This document shows, piece after piece, positions 25,701 to 39,671 of a DNA stretch of 64,000 nucleotides. How positions within the stretch are numbered: position 1 is the first letter of the stretch; each line of letters opens with the position of its first letter. Below the pieces are notes generated by a model that saw only the letters and a program-made list of their open reading frames with translations, did not search any database and had not been told where the DNA came from. Origin of the DNA: Tubiluchus corallicola (Eukaryota; Animalia; Priapulida); NCBI GenBank assembly GCA_030141605.1, contig JAQGDQ010000904.1:1-64000 (forward strand), written 5' to 3'. A program made the translations under genes and the position numbers.

Positions 25701-28700
25701 CACATACACACTAGTTCAGAATTTACATATCCACGGCCATATTAATTAAATCATAATTTTTTTGCGAATAGTTGTAAACGTTTTATTTTTATTCGTCGTT
25801 ACTTTCCATTACTACACAGTAGTTTAGATTGCACTGACGCATTTGTTTTTTAGCAGTGTAAGTTTTTAGTAACTAACACTGATTGATCATCTCTGCAAAG
25901 TTTTTATTCAGTGATTATCAATGTATTTTAATGGCAAATAAAGATTATTATATACATGTGGTTTAATTTCACTTTTTGTATTTTGGAGATGTTGGTCCAT
26001 TACTGGGACTAGTGCTGTAACACTGTATGAAGGCTATGCTTTTTGGGTACGTGTACTTGAATGGATGTGTGGGTGGATGTGTACGTATGCATATGCATAT
26101 ATACATGTATATGTGTTAATTATGACAATATAAAATTTTTTCTGCTTACAGATATGTATTCTGATTGATGTAACTTTTCCCTATATGATTATTTTGTTGA
26201 TTTCTTATATATGTTTTTATCTGTCTGTATTGATACATATTGCTATTGTAATTTAAAAATATTTTTTGTTTTTATCATTTTTACCTTTACTATTGCCTCA
26301 TTAACCTACTTATTATGTTGTTTTTTTATTTTGTTGAATTCAACGTTTATTCGTTGTTTTTTTTCGTTGTTGTCAATTTATAAGAATTCAAATTAAAAAC
26401 TAAGTTACTTAAATACGTACTATCACATAGTACTATGAGTGAGGGTGGATGCTCGTAGGGTCTTTCTCCACCCCGTCTCTTTCTTTAACTACTACTTTGT
26501 CACTAACACTTGCTGTATATTGTTTGTTTTTGTATGAGACAAATATAAATAAATGCAGTTCAATTCAACTTAGATTGCCTGCCCTCACGAGACCACACAG
26601 CTAGTGACAGAAGCAATACTAATTCTACGATCCTTAAGTGCATTTATTTGCATCTAGAGGATGGAGAGTAGAGACAAATATCTTTTGTCTCTAGGTAACT
26701 ATGTGTTGTCCTTAAGGACTGGGGTATAAGCAAAAGCTAAAATATAGTCTACTAGAAGTTTCCGCACTCTTCTGAGAGAAAGAGTAGAGTTTACTGACCT
26801 AAAAAGGATATTAATCCCTAACGGCCAAGAATCTTAATCATCACCAGATCTTCCTCTTCCCTTTTCCTTCCTTGTCCGTTAATTCCTGGAGTTACCGATA
26901 AACAGTAAACGTCAATATTAACCACGTTACGATATGAGACATTAAGCAAGGTGTTTAGCGACTATTGGAAAGTTTACGCTCTCTTGAATCGTCGGGAATT
27001 ATGACGAGCATTTTGAAAATTCTTTTCCTAGCGATGATAATAAAAAGTCAAGCAGCGCCACCAGCTTGGAAGTCGTGGAAAGGTGCGATTTAATTTTTTA
27101 ATTAAATACATTAGTATTCATTTAGAATGACTGACTTTTACGACTGTTTCTTCTTTAATTTTGTCCCAATTTTTACTTGTACTCATTTTACAGTAATTTA
27201 CACAGTTTCGAAATTTTGTTTTCAACGATTAAATAAAAGGTATTTAGCTAACTAGGTACTGGTCACTTGTTTTTAATACTTAATTAAAAATAGCAAAACC
27301 AAACTCTATCAAAAAACGTGGCAAGTTGTCTACGCCTCATCACCGCTACAATAAATATATAGACTAAAACCTCCCTTAATTCCATCTCTTAATTAGATGT
27401 TGATGATGACTTCGATGTAGACAACACTGCTTTCCGTTATGAGATTCTTCACCCAAGATTTGAGAATACTGATCTGGACGAAGTGAAGGAAGAATTGGAC
27501 GAACTTGAAACCAGAGTGGAAATTCTAGAAAACAATGATCACGAGCAGCGTATTGGTGACTTAGAGGAAGCTGTGAGGAAATTAAATAATTATGTATCAC
27601 ACACACACACACACACACGCATAAACAGGGAGAAACTTTGGGGCCTTTTCTGTTTAAAATTTATCGTATTAATTATTTGTGGCAACATTTGATATGGTTG
27701 TAATGTCACTTGCGCACACAAGATAATCACACTTTGGCTGGCTTACAAAGTTAGTACTTCCAGAAAGCATAGGTTCCTTATTTACAAAATTTAAATTACT
27801 TAGAAGAGTTTGCGCCTTCGGACTTACGTATACCGATTTGTCAGTTGCAACATTTCGTGATAAAGTACTTGGATTACAAACGGTTCAGACTATACAAAGA
27901 TGCTGTTGTATTCTGAAAAAGACCCTCCAACCATCCAACCTAGCCAATCAATTAATCTGCTAGCCAGAACTCAAAATTACTTGACCAACTGACCAGTCAA
28001 CCGGTCAGCTGACTAACTGACTCACCAACTAAGCCAGCTTGCCTGTTGCCTGGAAGTTAGCAAACCGAGTGACGAAATGTGCTCTATGACAACAAAACAT
28101 CACAGCTGCACCATCTTGTAAGCAATCAGATAGAATTCAAAAACTGTCTTCTTTCCACTTACAACTAAATTTTTTATTTTAGGCAGGTGTCATCTCAGAT
28201 TTTGTCGTGGACTTAGACGCAGAGGTGGGAGAAATAAAAAATGCACTGAACGAAGAAGCGGCAGAGAAGAACACAGAAGAGAAAGAAACCGAATTGGAGG
28301 GAGAAACCTGGGAAACACAGTCACCAAATGGAAAAACAGAAAGTAACGATGAAGAGGAGGATGAGGAAGAAGATGAATTAGGTTCCGGAAATGTCTGTGA
28401 ACCTTTTGACAAAGTAGGGGACTACCATATATTGGTAAGTTCGCAATTTAAAATAAGTATATAGGCATTAGATATCAAAGTCAACATTCGCACGTCATCG
28501 ATTTTGCTAAGTACCTCGTGAATTCAGAATGTGCCGTAAGCGAAGGGAAACAAGCACATGCATATGAGTGTCATTAGATGCACTCTAATATGGTAAAGTA
28601 TTAGGAAAGTCCTACAGTTCTGCCTGGCTAAAATGCAAGATACATCTTTGCAGTATAAGAGTTATGCAAGACCTCTATGCACGGCACTTCTAAATAGCCA

Positions 28701-31700
28701 CAGTATAATAGTTAAACCATTTTTGATAAGTTAATAGTTATTTGATACGGTGAAGCGTGCCTGGCGTCGCTGGTTGGCGACCATTCGTTAAAATGCTATG
28801 CTGTGTTGAAGCAGTTTAGCTATTGCATCAGTGTAATAAAAAATTTACCGCAGTAAGAACGTTAAATTGAAACATTTGGTTTACAATCTGTGAACGCTGT
28901 TTTGTGTTCAATTGAGGCGTGTATCTAATTTTGGACAAAAATCCCATAGGCTGCCTCTTTGTTGCATATATACAGCTTTATACTACGTTTGCCTGCACCA
29001 CTGCAACGGCATACCACTCAGACACAAGACATATAGTAACACAGCATATAAATTATAATGTAATTATCTGACCCTGCCAAAGAACTGCGCGTACTTTAAG
29101 ATTTTTTCCTTTTATCAGGTAGTAGATGACGACGATGATACCTGGGCTGATGCATATTTTGCATGTGCAGACCGGGGAGGTAAACTTCTGACACTGGAGA
29201 CAGACGAAAAACAGTTAGTCATGACAAGCCACCTGTACCATAACTATCCTGCTTGGATGAGGTAAGAACGTAGCTTATTAATAGTCAACTGTGTGAAGGC
29301 CAGCAAGGGATACCTAACTGATATACCCCGTTTCATACAATCGCACGTTTCAATACTGGTTCTAAGACACATAGAAATATATTAATGTAGTTTATACTGC
29401 ATTTCATTAAGATGTGCAATGTGCAATGTGCATTAATACATTTCCTATATATGTAAGAATTTTTCTATTACTTTCAAATCTATTTTGCATCAACTTCTGC
29501 CTGACGATGACTTGAACAAAGCCAAAGCGTAGCTAGTATGATATTATGAAATACAATTACATTTTAGTAGATCATTAGTGCCGATTTTCTTATGATATTC
29601 CCCTTTTTAAAGCAAATGTATTCGCACATTAGTATTGGTGCAGCATAATTTAAAGGACAGAGCAAGTCACTTAACATGTTGGGTTTATTTTACTGTTATC
29701 ACTTAAACTTAGAAATTAAAAAAAACTAACTGTAAGGCATAGAGTTAATTTATATTACCGCTGTATGTTCTCAGGGCGGTGGAAGCCGCCATTCACTTGA
29801 AGATCATGACGTATAACTGATGGATTTCGTGACTTTTCATAAGCGCTTCGCAAGCCTACACAAATTCAAACTTCTACGGCTTATCTATTGCTCTTGCAAA
29901 AAGATAACAAAATTAGATGACTAATTTTTTCATTAAAATTTATTACACATTTTGACGGTGTGACAGAGCGCTGCTTTTCTTCAGTCGAATAAGGACATCA
30001 TAGGTAAAAAAGCGGGCATTCAAAATGGGGCGCATGAAATGATCGCGACTTTAAAGTAATTATAGTAACTACACGAGACGCTTATCACAATTTTATTACC
30101 AAATCCTTCTAACATTTTTCGCGAACATTGAAATACGACTAACTATACCAAGAAGGGTTGACATTTTTTTAGGTATTTCTGTGGGCACGCTGGGCTAAAT
30201 GTTCCCCACAATTAGACCAATTGAAATGTAAACATGTAAGAAGTTCCTGTACAAATTAACCCAAACACTGTATTTGAAATTTAGATTTTGGGTTGGTGGA
30301 TATCAAGATGGGCGTAACGGAACTTGGTTTTGGCGGCAAGAGGATTTCAACGCTGTTAAAATCGAGACAAGCTGGTGGCAAACTGGAGAACCTAGCGACC
30401 ATGGAGAAAACTGCATGGAAATAGCGCAGGAAAAGAGATACCTATGGAATGATTTGGATTGTGGTTTCCTGTTAAACTACATCTGTGAATGCACGCCACC
30501 TTCAGAATTTACTGAATATTAATGCTTTTCATTATTTACTGTAAATGATACTTAAATTATAACAATTACAGTCGCTTTGTAAACATCAACAAAAATAAAA
30601 CTATTGAAAATGGCATAAAATGACAAATACAACAAATTAATATAACGAGTTATTGATAAGTTGATTTTAGTCGATGTTTATAATTCTAATATCAGTTGTT
30701 GGTTTGGTTCATATCCAGTAGAACTCTATAACTATACTTATTATATTCTAGTATTACTCTATTACTATAACTTTAGCAAGCCTGAAGCGTAAGTTTATAT
30801 CCTTTGGAGGATATCTTTTAAAGATTTTTTTCACGGCGCTTTTGAGAAAAGTATCTGAATAGTTTTTCTACATTTTTCTCAATGGCTTTCAATATAATTT
30901 ACATTTCAGACAACCATCTTTTTTGATTACTTTATTTTTAATATCACGGCCGTACCTGATTTATCAAGATAATGTCTTGCTAAAGAACTGAAACCTCGTG
31001 GGGCAACATAGTTTTCCACAATTTCATCACTGCGATCTTTAGCACCTTCCACGCGTCCTTTTAGAGGAGTTAAGATGCCGCAAGACAACAGTTCTGCATA
31101 GTATCTGCATTGTATAATAAAAAGGTTTAAAAATTGTTACAGTCTGTAGTGTATTATAATGATTCAGATAAATTATTATTAACGCCAGTTACAACAACAA
31201 CCTTAACAGCAAAAGGTTATAAGTTCATGAACTTTTACAAATTCAAACAATAGCATATAAAGGTATCCTTTAATTCGTAAGTGCCGTAAATAAAACATCT
31301 TTTATGTTTAAGTAGATCGTAGTGGAAACATCGTAGCTAACGACCTAAGTGCGTTATTTAAATGAATACTACAAGTTTAGAGTAGCGTACTTTTAATGCG
31401 GCACAAAAACCAAACAAAATTCATAAAAGATTTATATCCTGACAATAAAGGCTAGTATTAATGTAATGTTATCATTGTAATGTTAGCAAAAAACAGAATT
31501 GTCTAAAGAGTCTCAATTGAACTGTTTTCACTGCATTCACTTAAACCTATCATGTCGTGAGAACATATTGTCAACATAAATAAGGAAATGAATTCCTAAT
31601 CAAATCCAGGTATTATTGCTAAGACTATCACGTTTTTTTTGGCAGAATTAAAATTTGCTCTTAAAAAATAAACAACATGCTAATAGCAAAGTAATTAACC

Positions 31701-31954
31701 TACTGTTTATGAGAAGCGTAATACTTTGACATGGCGCTGATATACTGTGCACCTATATCAGCTAAAGACCCTTCAGAGCTTCTAGTAGTACTCATGCGTC
31801 CCCCTAAATTAAACAATAAAGTCTTACTTGCGTCAATTTGCACGTTAGGCTAGTTTGCGTACCATTTATACTACCAGCCTCCTCCTCCTCGTCGTCATTA
31901 TCATCGTCATAGTCATCGTCGTCATCATTATCAGTATCAGTATCATCATCATCG

Positions 31955-31999
<45 letters not shown>

Positions 32000-33169
32000 A
32001 TGAGTTATTTAGCTGATCTTATTTTACATTATCTTGTCACGTAACTCAGCGTCACAATTTTCTGAAGTGCGCTTTTTACAACTGTCTCCATTTCACCACT
32101 GTCTTCATTTCTTAAATTATTCCTCATCCCATTTTAGTCGTTTGTGGCCTTTACGTAGCATATCAATAATAATTGGCATATCAATTATGCATGCCTTAAT
32201 TTCTGCTCTTAGAAACTCAATATTATTACATTGTATATATACACGTTGCTCTCTAATGGCGGTTTAATTATATTTGTGCAGTTTGTACGTCCACTTTGTG
32301 ACTCTCATCGTACAAAAGGGTTTGGCAAGCACTAACCTTGACTTCAGTCGCTATTAGTTGATAGCAATATGAAGCCAAACGGATTCAAATTGGCAAAAGT
32401 CACACATGAGCAGTAGACGCGGACGACATGCTTTACAATCTGACAATGTTTTCCAAGGTATATGTTCGGCATTGTAGCCTATTATGTTTATTTTGATAAG
32501 CAGTTGTGTAACGCATAATGTATTATGTACGTATAAATAATGTAATGTATTTAACCTCACGGGGTTTCTTGTATATAATGTACATATTACGTTACTTAAC
32601 CTCCCTTGACCAACTTACACTTCAAATCGCATTCTTCTCTATAAACACTCTAATTGTAAACCCTGGCTTGTTTTGCCTAACCCTCTCTCACTATCACTGT
32701 TGCGCTTACAAGATTTTCTTTCAGCGCACATTGAAGAATTTTGTTGTAAGCAATTAGTTTTTTCATGTCATTTTGTAATTATTGTTTTGCATCATTGAAT
32801 GTACACTGCTTTTTGTGAAAAGTAAATCTAAATAGAAATAGAAAATAGAAAAGGTTTTGGATTTCTATTTAATTTGCACAAGATCATTAAAAATGCCATA
32901 CCCGAAACTACAGTTGCTTCAATGAGTAAATTTAGTTACAAATTTAGTAAATTGAAAGGCTTAAGATTTAATTAAAATAGGATATCTGTTAGTAATTATT
33001 TTGCATGCGCACCTTAATATTGCTTACCTGCGCCTCGTGCTTTATCACAAACTGACACGGAGAAACGAGGTACAGTTTGACCTAATAACGATGACGTCAT
33101 GGCACCCGTGATTCCACAACCCACAATCAAAGCTTTCGTATTCATCATATCGTCACAAGACGAATTCAT
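18843..33169 (-). CDS. RNLS: Renalase (FAD-dependent NAD(P)H isomer oxidase), complete, 349 aa
   Basis: Exons 33028-33169, 31704-31803, 30956-31104, 23317-23472, 22809-22979, 21732-21904, 18843-19001 (1050 nt, all GT-AG, phases 1,2,1,1,1,0). Motifs LIVGCGITG (Rossmann GxGxxG), DKARGAGGRM, ADIGAQYI, YVAPRG, ILTMPVPQ, VEYSSRY, PCIRFISMDN, VVHTS, RWKYSQV, GGDAFTHSNFDGCI follow animal renalase along the whole length. Start could alternatively be 33148 or 33145. Confidence 0.95.
19034..19164. mobile_element. Small TIR element with internal telomere-like (TTAGGG) units
   Basis: Left end gtttacaattccctacacacaa and right end ttgtgttcggaattgtcaactc are imperfect inverted repeats around degenerate TTAGGG units; lies ~30 bp from the last renalase acceptor. 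Confidence 0.6.
19645..19996. repeat. Compound tri/hexanucleotide microsatellite
   Basis: Successive blocks ATT, ATTGTT, ATCGTC, ATC, ATCTTT, ATCGTT, ACCCTT, ACCATC/ACCATT; source of the two low-complexity ORFs. Confidence 0.95.
21324..21418. repeat. Short hairpin MITE
   Basis: gtttcacaaagccttcact...gacgtcgttgtta pairs with taacaacgacttc...agtgagggttttgtgaaac. Confidence 0.7.
25440..26570 (+). mobile_element. CR1/L2-type LINE 3' relic
   Basis: tggaattctcccaccattacacgttaaacaa...gcatttaaaacaaaattaaaatca resembles the WNSLP...FKxKLK end of CR1/L2 ORF2, followed by AT-rich 3'UTR-like tails. Boundaries approximate. Confidence 0.45.
27001..30522 (+). CDS. Secreted acidic coiled-coil plus C-type lectin domain protein, ~296 aa, nested in renalase intron 3
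   Basis: Exons 27001-27082, 27397-27572 (alternative in-frame donor 27593), 28183-28434, 29119-29261, 30285-30522 = 891 nt, one open frame. Signal-peptide-like MTSILKILFLAMIIKSQA; heptads LDEVKEELDELETRVEILE...IGDLEE; D/E tract; CTLD motifs TWADAYFACADRGGKLLTLE, FWVGG, WQTGEPSD, ENC, WNDLDC, YICE. AATAAA at ~30594. Confidence 0.9.
31880..31998. repeat. (CCT)/(CGT)/(CAT)n microsatellite
   Basis: Directly visible in renalase intron 1. Confidence 0.9.
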
Positions 33170-36100
33170 CAGCACGTCTGCTAGAAATAGTGACACACAG
33201 GTCAGGGATAGCTCTGCATAAGTGTGATCTGAAATAATGTTTCTCATTATTTACGTTATTGGATGTTGAACCACATAACATGCAGCTTATCTCAGCATCC
33301 TCTGCAGTTTTATAATTTACTGAACACTAAACTGTAACCAGCTAAACGAACACATAAAACAAGAGTTAAATGGTCCCAAATCTCAAATTGACCCAAATGG
33401 TCAACCCAAGTTGACTAAAATGGTCCCAAATATGGAATATTAATTGACCATGAGGACAGTGATTTTTACTTGACTTTGCATGATTAAAAGAATAAACGTA
33501 TAATAGTGTTGTTACGGACCAAGGCCCAAATGGACTTACACGTCGTAAATTTATGCTCTTAAATGCATTGTTTTAGGGCACCTCTAGGACAGTGTCTTAA
33601 ATTGTATTTACGTAGCTGTCTTTAGGTGCACTTAAGACTGTAACAAACTACAATTTTATAACTAGTCCAAAAAAGACGTCTCACAGTAAGGTTATGGGTT
33701 GAATAACCAATAACCAATAACCTAGTAAAAATAGAGAGATAGTATTGAGGAAAATACTTCTTACAGTTGTGGTATAGTTTTTGTACTCTTAGCTATTTTG
33801 CAATATTAAATAACCATTAATGGTGCTTCATATAAAGGTTTATAAAATTTTCTCGTCTATATCATTTCAGGAACACTCCACTGCTTCTTAGAACAAAAAA
33901 CCATGGGTTTTGCTGGGCTGCATAAAAATGCAACAAAAATATTCATGAATAGTAGCAGTGTGATAATAGAAGACAACTTATGAACAGGCGCGATGAATAG
34001 ACCCATCTAAAATCAGTAACCAGATTACATGTCGTTCACTATTACAATTTGGTCTTGAGAAGCCACAGTCACAGATTTCCCAATTGAATTCACCCTCCTT
34101 TTGCTAAGCGATCTACTCATATTAGTAGGCACACTATGCCCTAATTAAAACAAATCAGTGGCATCGGTTTCGTGGGATGCGCGCACTCTCTCTTTGTGCC
34201 ACTTCACTCAGTTCAATAGCCTACGGAATTACAGGCTATTTAATCTCATCTTTGCAGTGTTTTGATTGGAGATAAAGGTTTTGTTCTCTTACTGTCTTAT
34301 TACGTAATTAAAAATGCTTTTGGCCATAAATGCCTTCGTGAAATTTAATAAAGACAAGTAAGTAATAGATTAGTAAGATTATTATATTCTTGTTGTCACG
34401 ATCAACCAAACTGCCGCATTTCCTGCAGATAGAAATAAAAACTTCTCAGTTTTTTCTCGCCACTACTCCTAGCCACCTCTTTCTCTCTGTTTCTTCCCTT
34501 CTCTTCCGTTTCTCTCTCTTCCTCTCCCCTCTTTCTATCACATCTTTCTCTCTCTCTTTCTTCCTCACACACTCTCTGTTCTCTCTTTTCTCTTCCTGGT
34601 TCTCGGTTCTTCCTTTTCATTTCTTTATTTCTCCACCAGAACTCCCCTATCTTTCTTTTTACTCGAACTTATCAGTTCAAATGTCCTGTACGTGTCATTG
34701 GCCTATGGTTCTGTGACACCAGCAGTAACAAAATATCATAATTGCTGTAAAATACGCCTAAATGCTAGTAAATTATCCCCTTTTACCCATCTATCACCAG
34801 GTCGGTAATGAAGCGCTGATATAATAAAGAGAATGCTCTAGTGTCACGAAATGTAATATAATGTGATTACAGTTGAATCATACCCACAATGTACACAGGG
34901 GATAATTTCGCTAGCTGAACATTCCAGAGAAATGTGAGATTTTGAATGCGTTCGAAACGGTATGCGCAGAACACGGCGGGTAAAGTGCCCGCCTCTAATT
35001 ATCGGCCCGTAGCATCTCGCTTGAAATGGAATCCGTCGGGTTTCGTTCACTAAAATTCGTTCTCCGCAGGAAACTGCTTAGCGTTTTGCGCAAATGCAGG
35101 TTGAATGACAAATAATTATTGCGCGTGAAGAGAGAAAGAGAGCTGAATGAGAGAGAAACAGCAATTTTTGTGCGGCACTTATGTAGTATTGCGCTTGCTA
35201 GACATTATATATAAAGTTCAATTGTGATTAAATTTCTTATTAATTCTTGCTTCTTATTGTTTCCCTGTACAACTACGCTGAATACAAATACTACAGTGAA
35301 ATAATTACTGCTCAAAGATTACATTAGTCAATGAAATTAGTTAATGAGTGACTTGAAAAAAATTCTGCCCATTGCTAAAGGTAAGTACTCGTTTTCCTAT
35401 ATGCTAAATAATTAATAAAGTAGGAATTCTACATATTCCACCCATTCTATATAATATCCTTCCAGAAACAGAAAATCTTATAAATGTCCTAAGGACTGAA
35501 ACTTCTCGTCCCGTCGATGGAACAGGCTACCCAAGAGATAATGGTAGAAACATAGATCTAGGGTCGAGGTAGTTACGGGGGGGGGTAAGAAACTATGCAA
35601 CACTTGACCGACTACTGACTGACTGAATGATCAGCCAATTAACTAATCCACCAATCGAAAACGTCGAAGAAATTAACTTCGCAAATGCATATTAGCTATA
35701 GCGATTCACTTATAGACACGTTTTATTAGAACGTAACCGGTTCACAGTATATCATTTTGCTGGAATATAACTGGAAAACCACCATCGTTCTGCAAAATCT
35801 GTTACTCATCTAGGCACATCTTATGTCTGGTGTTTGCTTAACTACGGAAGGAAATGCTACGGTAACTATAACAATAATCTAAAATAATGGTTTGCCATCT
35901 AATGCCACAGTGAAACAATTACGCAGCGTGGCACCAATGAAATTAGTGGCTGGGTAACTTGAAAAACTAGCTATAGGGTAATTAAGAATTCAACAAAGTA
36001 CTTGTTATTGCTACTTATGTTGAACTTCCCATCAAAGATTTCTAGGCCGACTGTTTCTTTCAGCGCGTTTAACGTTTTGGCAAATAAAAAAACGAAAAGT

Positions 36101-38843
36101 ATTTCATTAACTAACCATGAACTAACCAGTTGTATATATCTGTTCTCAACTAAAATGTATCTGTAGCACATAGTGGAAATAGTCCTATCTTTAATATTAC
36201 TGTATGTTGAGTCACTTGAAATAAATAAAGTTTATAAAAAAGTAATTTCGTAATTAAATAAAGTGAATATGTTGTTAAAACTGATTCTGATTTTTTATAA
36301 TTGCTTGAACTAACTACGCAGCCAAACAAGCGAAAAAGCTTATCTTTGCGTTTGACTAGCTCAAATCGGTTAGTTCTCGCGCTCCAAAATTTTGTAACGA
36401 CATTGCGCAAAAATATCCAAAAAAAATCATGATTGGCTCAATTCCCGGTCAAACTACAGGATATTTCTAGAAATTTACCAAGCGTGACGTTAAACGCAGC
36501 ATTAAAGCAAAACCAGACCCAATCTTGAATTGTAGGTCAAAACAATCTACTCTTTTAAAATATTGAAACGAAACATACTATTTTTTCAAAAATGACTTAC
36601 GCGAAAGAATTATTACCACATAAACACAATTTCGTGTTCTTCGCTGTTACATGCATTTCGCCATGCGCGAGTTAGAAGGGCACTAGCGCCTGAACTTCCG
36701 AAACGCATTGCACAAAAACAGGTGCTTTACCTCTCAGTTCAAATGTGTTAGTTTCTGACGAACTACGCACGCTCGACAGCTAATGCGTGAGTACAGCGGT
36801 AAATTTGAAATTTGAATTTTTATCTTAAAACTTGCCTAGTTTATATATCTGACAGTATATCTTACACTGAATATCTTACAGTAGCACTGTACTTCAATTA
36901 TCGCTTTTGCAAACACGTGCAACACGCTTATGAAATGTTTTTGCTTTTGAAAATTATGTTAGTATGTGATGTCATCTTTAGTTGGGCTCGCCGTTAATTG
37001 AAGTCTTTAATCTATTATTTAATTATCTGCAACACTTTTGCAATATTAATTGTGCCAAAATGTATACTTTTATCGGACTTGAAAATGGGGTAGTATATGA
37101 AAAATCATCCTGTCTTCCTTTAACTTAGTAAAACTGAACCCCAAATGCCTGGGGTTCGGCAGCTTTCCTCTACCATCAAACCCGGCTAGCTGAACAGACA
37201 GTTTACATTTTTCAGTTTTCGGCGAGTTAAACATTTAATCGAGAAAATTTAAAATGAGGCGAGACAGTAGTAATTGTTGCATTTTACTTTTGTATTTATT
37301 ACGTGAAACTTTTTAAAATTGTAAAAAAAACGAAAGAGAATCAACAAATTGAAACACGATATATTTAAACAAGTGAACAAAAAGCGTTATCCTTTATACC
37401 GGCAGCAATTTTACCTTTCGCACGTGTACTTTTTTACCTTTTTTGCTATTTTACGAACCGTCAGCCAAAGCGATTGCAAAATGACGCAATGTAGGAAACT
37501 ATACCGGCGTAAGTCAAAAACACTCAATTTGATTGTTGCGTCAATTTGTGTGGAGTGCCTAGCTAAACACAGTAAGAATAGAGAAATCCCCACAAAAGTT
37601 AATGAGGTGATCTAAAAATTCCCACAAGTAAATACATTTGTTATCGCACGTACTCCCTAGTACGTTTCGCTAAAAGAAACCTGCCAAGAACTCCAAATAT
37701 ACCGAGTCTTATTTAATTAATTTTATTGCAGTACATGTAGTACTATAAGATTCAAAACAAATAATTTACAGATTACAACGTTATCAACTAAATTACATAA
37801 AAAACGAAAATTATAAGAGGAGATTATTAAAATTAAAATACTGCTATATACAAAGAATAATATAAACTAACTAAATCGAAAAGTCCGCAGTTAATGCACT
37901 AGTCTAATATGCAAAGAAAGAAGTTAATACAAGGCCGAAAATTGAAAAACCTCATCTAAAATACAAATTCACTTTGCCGAAGTAGATTAAAAATATAGTA
38001 ACAAATCTGAATCCAGCGCGGATCCGTCTCAGGATGCATAGAGTCTAGGTCAGGTCTAGCTTGAAACGAAAAAGTTGCCCATGAGTTACTTCCGAAACAC
38101 TGAGGCAACCTCTGTGAAGTTCTCCTGGGGCGTCGGTAGAGATTCCAACCATCTGTTTGGCAAGTGAAATATTATTATAATGTTATTGTTATATTATATT
38201 ATATTACACTTTTATTTTAAAAATGCCCATATATAAATATTTACACAATTACAGATAAAACTAAGGTAAAACTGATAAATACTAATAAAAACGTAATAAA
38301 AATAATTACATTCACTAAAATGGCCCTAAAAACTTACATAAATTGAAGATTTACATGACAAAAACATTTCTTCATCGTGAAACTGTAGGTACTCTGTTAC
38401 AATAACTGTTGTGTATTTCAGGCTTCAAACACTTCGTCTGACGGTACTGCAGTCAACTCCTGTGAAGTTCGAACTTGGCTTCCTTGAGCGGGCGACAAGC
38501 TTACTGCAACAGATTCGCCACACAAAGACGAAAGGTATATTTACTAAAGAAGGTACTGCTGTACCTACGTACAGAAAAACTTGATTAAACACTTACTTTT
38601 AGCCTGCTTCTATATACTGACTTAACTAAACCAGACGACAACTCTGGCTGGTGAAGTGCAATTAAAAGTAGTCTTTTTTGCCAGAAAGAGAGGCACCTAG
38701 GGACTAGGATTCGTAGTTAAGAGACCGTGACTCTACAACTATACAGGCCTTTATTACATGAGATTTGTCATGCAAAGTCTTCATAAATACGGGCTAATAA
38801 GCAACTCAGTAAAAACTTAGAACTGTCGAAGCTAAGCTGGCAT

Positions 38844-39671
38844 CTGGGCCGACCCTGCCACTAGGCAAACTAGGCAATTAGCTATGGTGCCAAATTGTGG
38901 GTGGCGCAATTTTGGAAGTAATTTTTTAATTTTTAAGTTTAGCGTGTAATTGCTTATCATATATAATAAATACAGAACACTTAAATGAAACGGACTAATT
39001 GCGTTATTTTCCTGTCAAAATGTATGATTTACCGATGCTGACAGGGAGCACTTTTCTCTAGTATTTGTAAGTATACTTACAAGCAATTTTGTAAGTATTT
39101 TGCAATAGCGTTTATCTAATTTTAACAGATAAACATATAAAAATTGAAGCCTTCGAGAGCGTAATACAGGAAGAAAAAGACAAAAAAACTGGGGAGTGGC
39201 GACATTGAATAGGAAAAAGATTTGGTAATAAGGTGTTTGTAACGAGACCAGAGATATGGTTGTGAAGATCATGAAACTAGCGAAATGGATGTAATTGAGG
39301 AGTTCGTGTTTCAAAAATTTGCAGATGAGAGGATTGAGTGAAAACTAGCCAAAAGTATCTACGTGAAGAGTGTGCAGTAGAAATTGCAGAATTTTGGTTG
39401 CTCCTGAAGACCCAGGACGTATAATGGGGTCATAAGTTCAATTTCAAATTCAATCAACACAAGCTGTAGATAGGTAATACAGTTAATTAGTGCACAATAA
39501 TGCGTGTGTGCACGCTTAACAAACAGGTTTCATTATACTTTATTATGTACAACAAAAGTTCAATTTTGTCGTGTTGTGCACCGGGAATCGTGGGAGAAGG
39601 GGTTGACCGTTGAGAAGGGGACGCCAAAAATACTTTTACCTAGGTCGTCGAACTACCTTAAACATGCCCTG
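38844..39671. mobile_element. Non-autonomous hAT element with 8-bp target-site duplication
   Basis: Ends ctgggccg... and ...catgccctg (CAGGGC-type TIR); flanks GCTGGCAT (38836-43) and GCTGGTAT (39672-79), one mismatch; subterminal ctaggc/cctagg motifs. Confidence 0.75.

Noticed and set aside
29495-29535. Hammerhead ribozyme of Penelope-like elements (cctgacgatgac...; also minus-strand gtttcgcc...ggc at ~45499)
   Set aside because: One of the two conserved cores (GAAA or CUGANGA) is broken in each case; at most dead relics.
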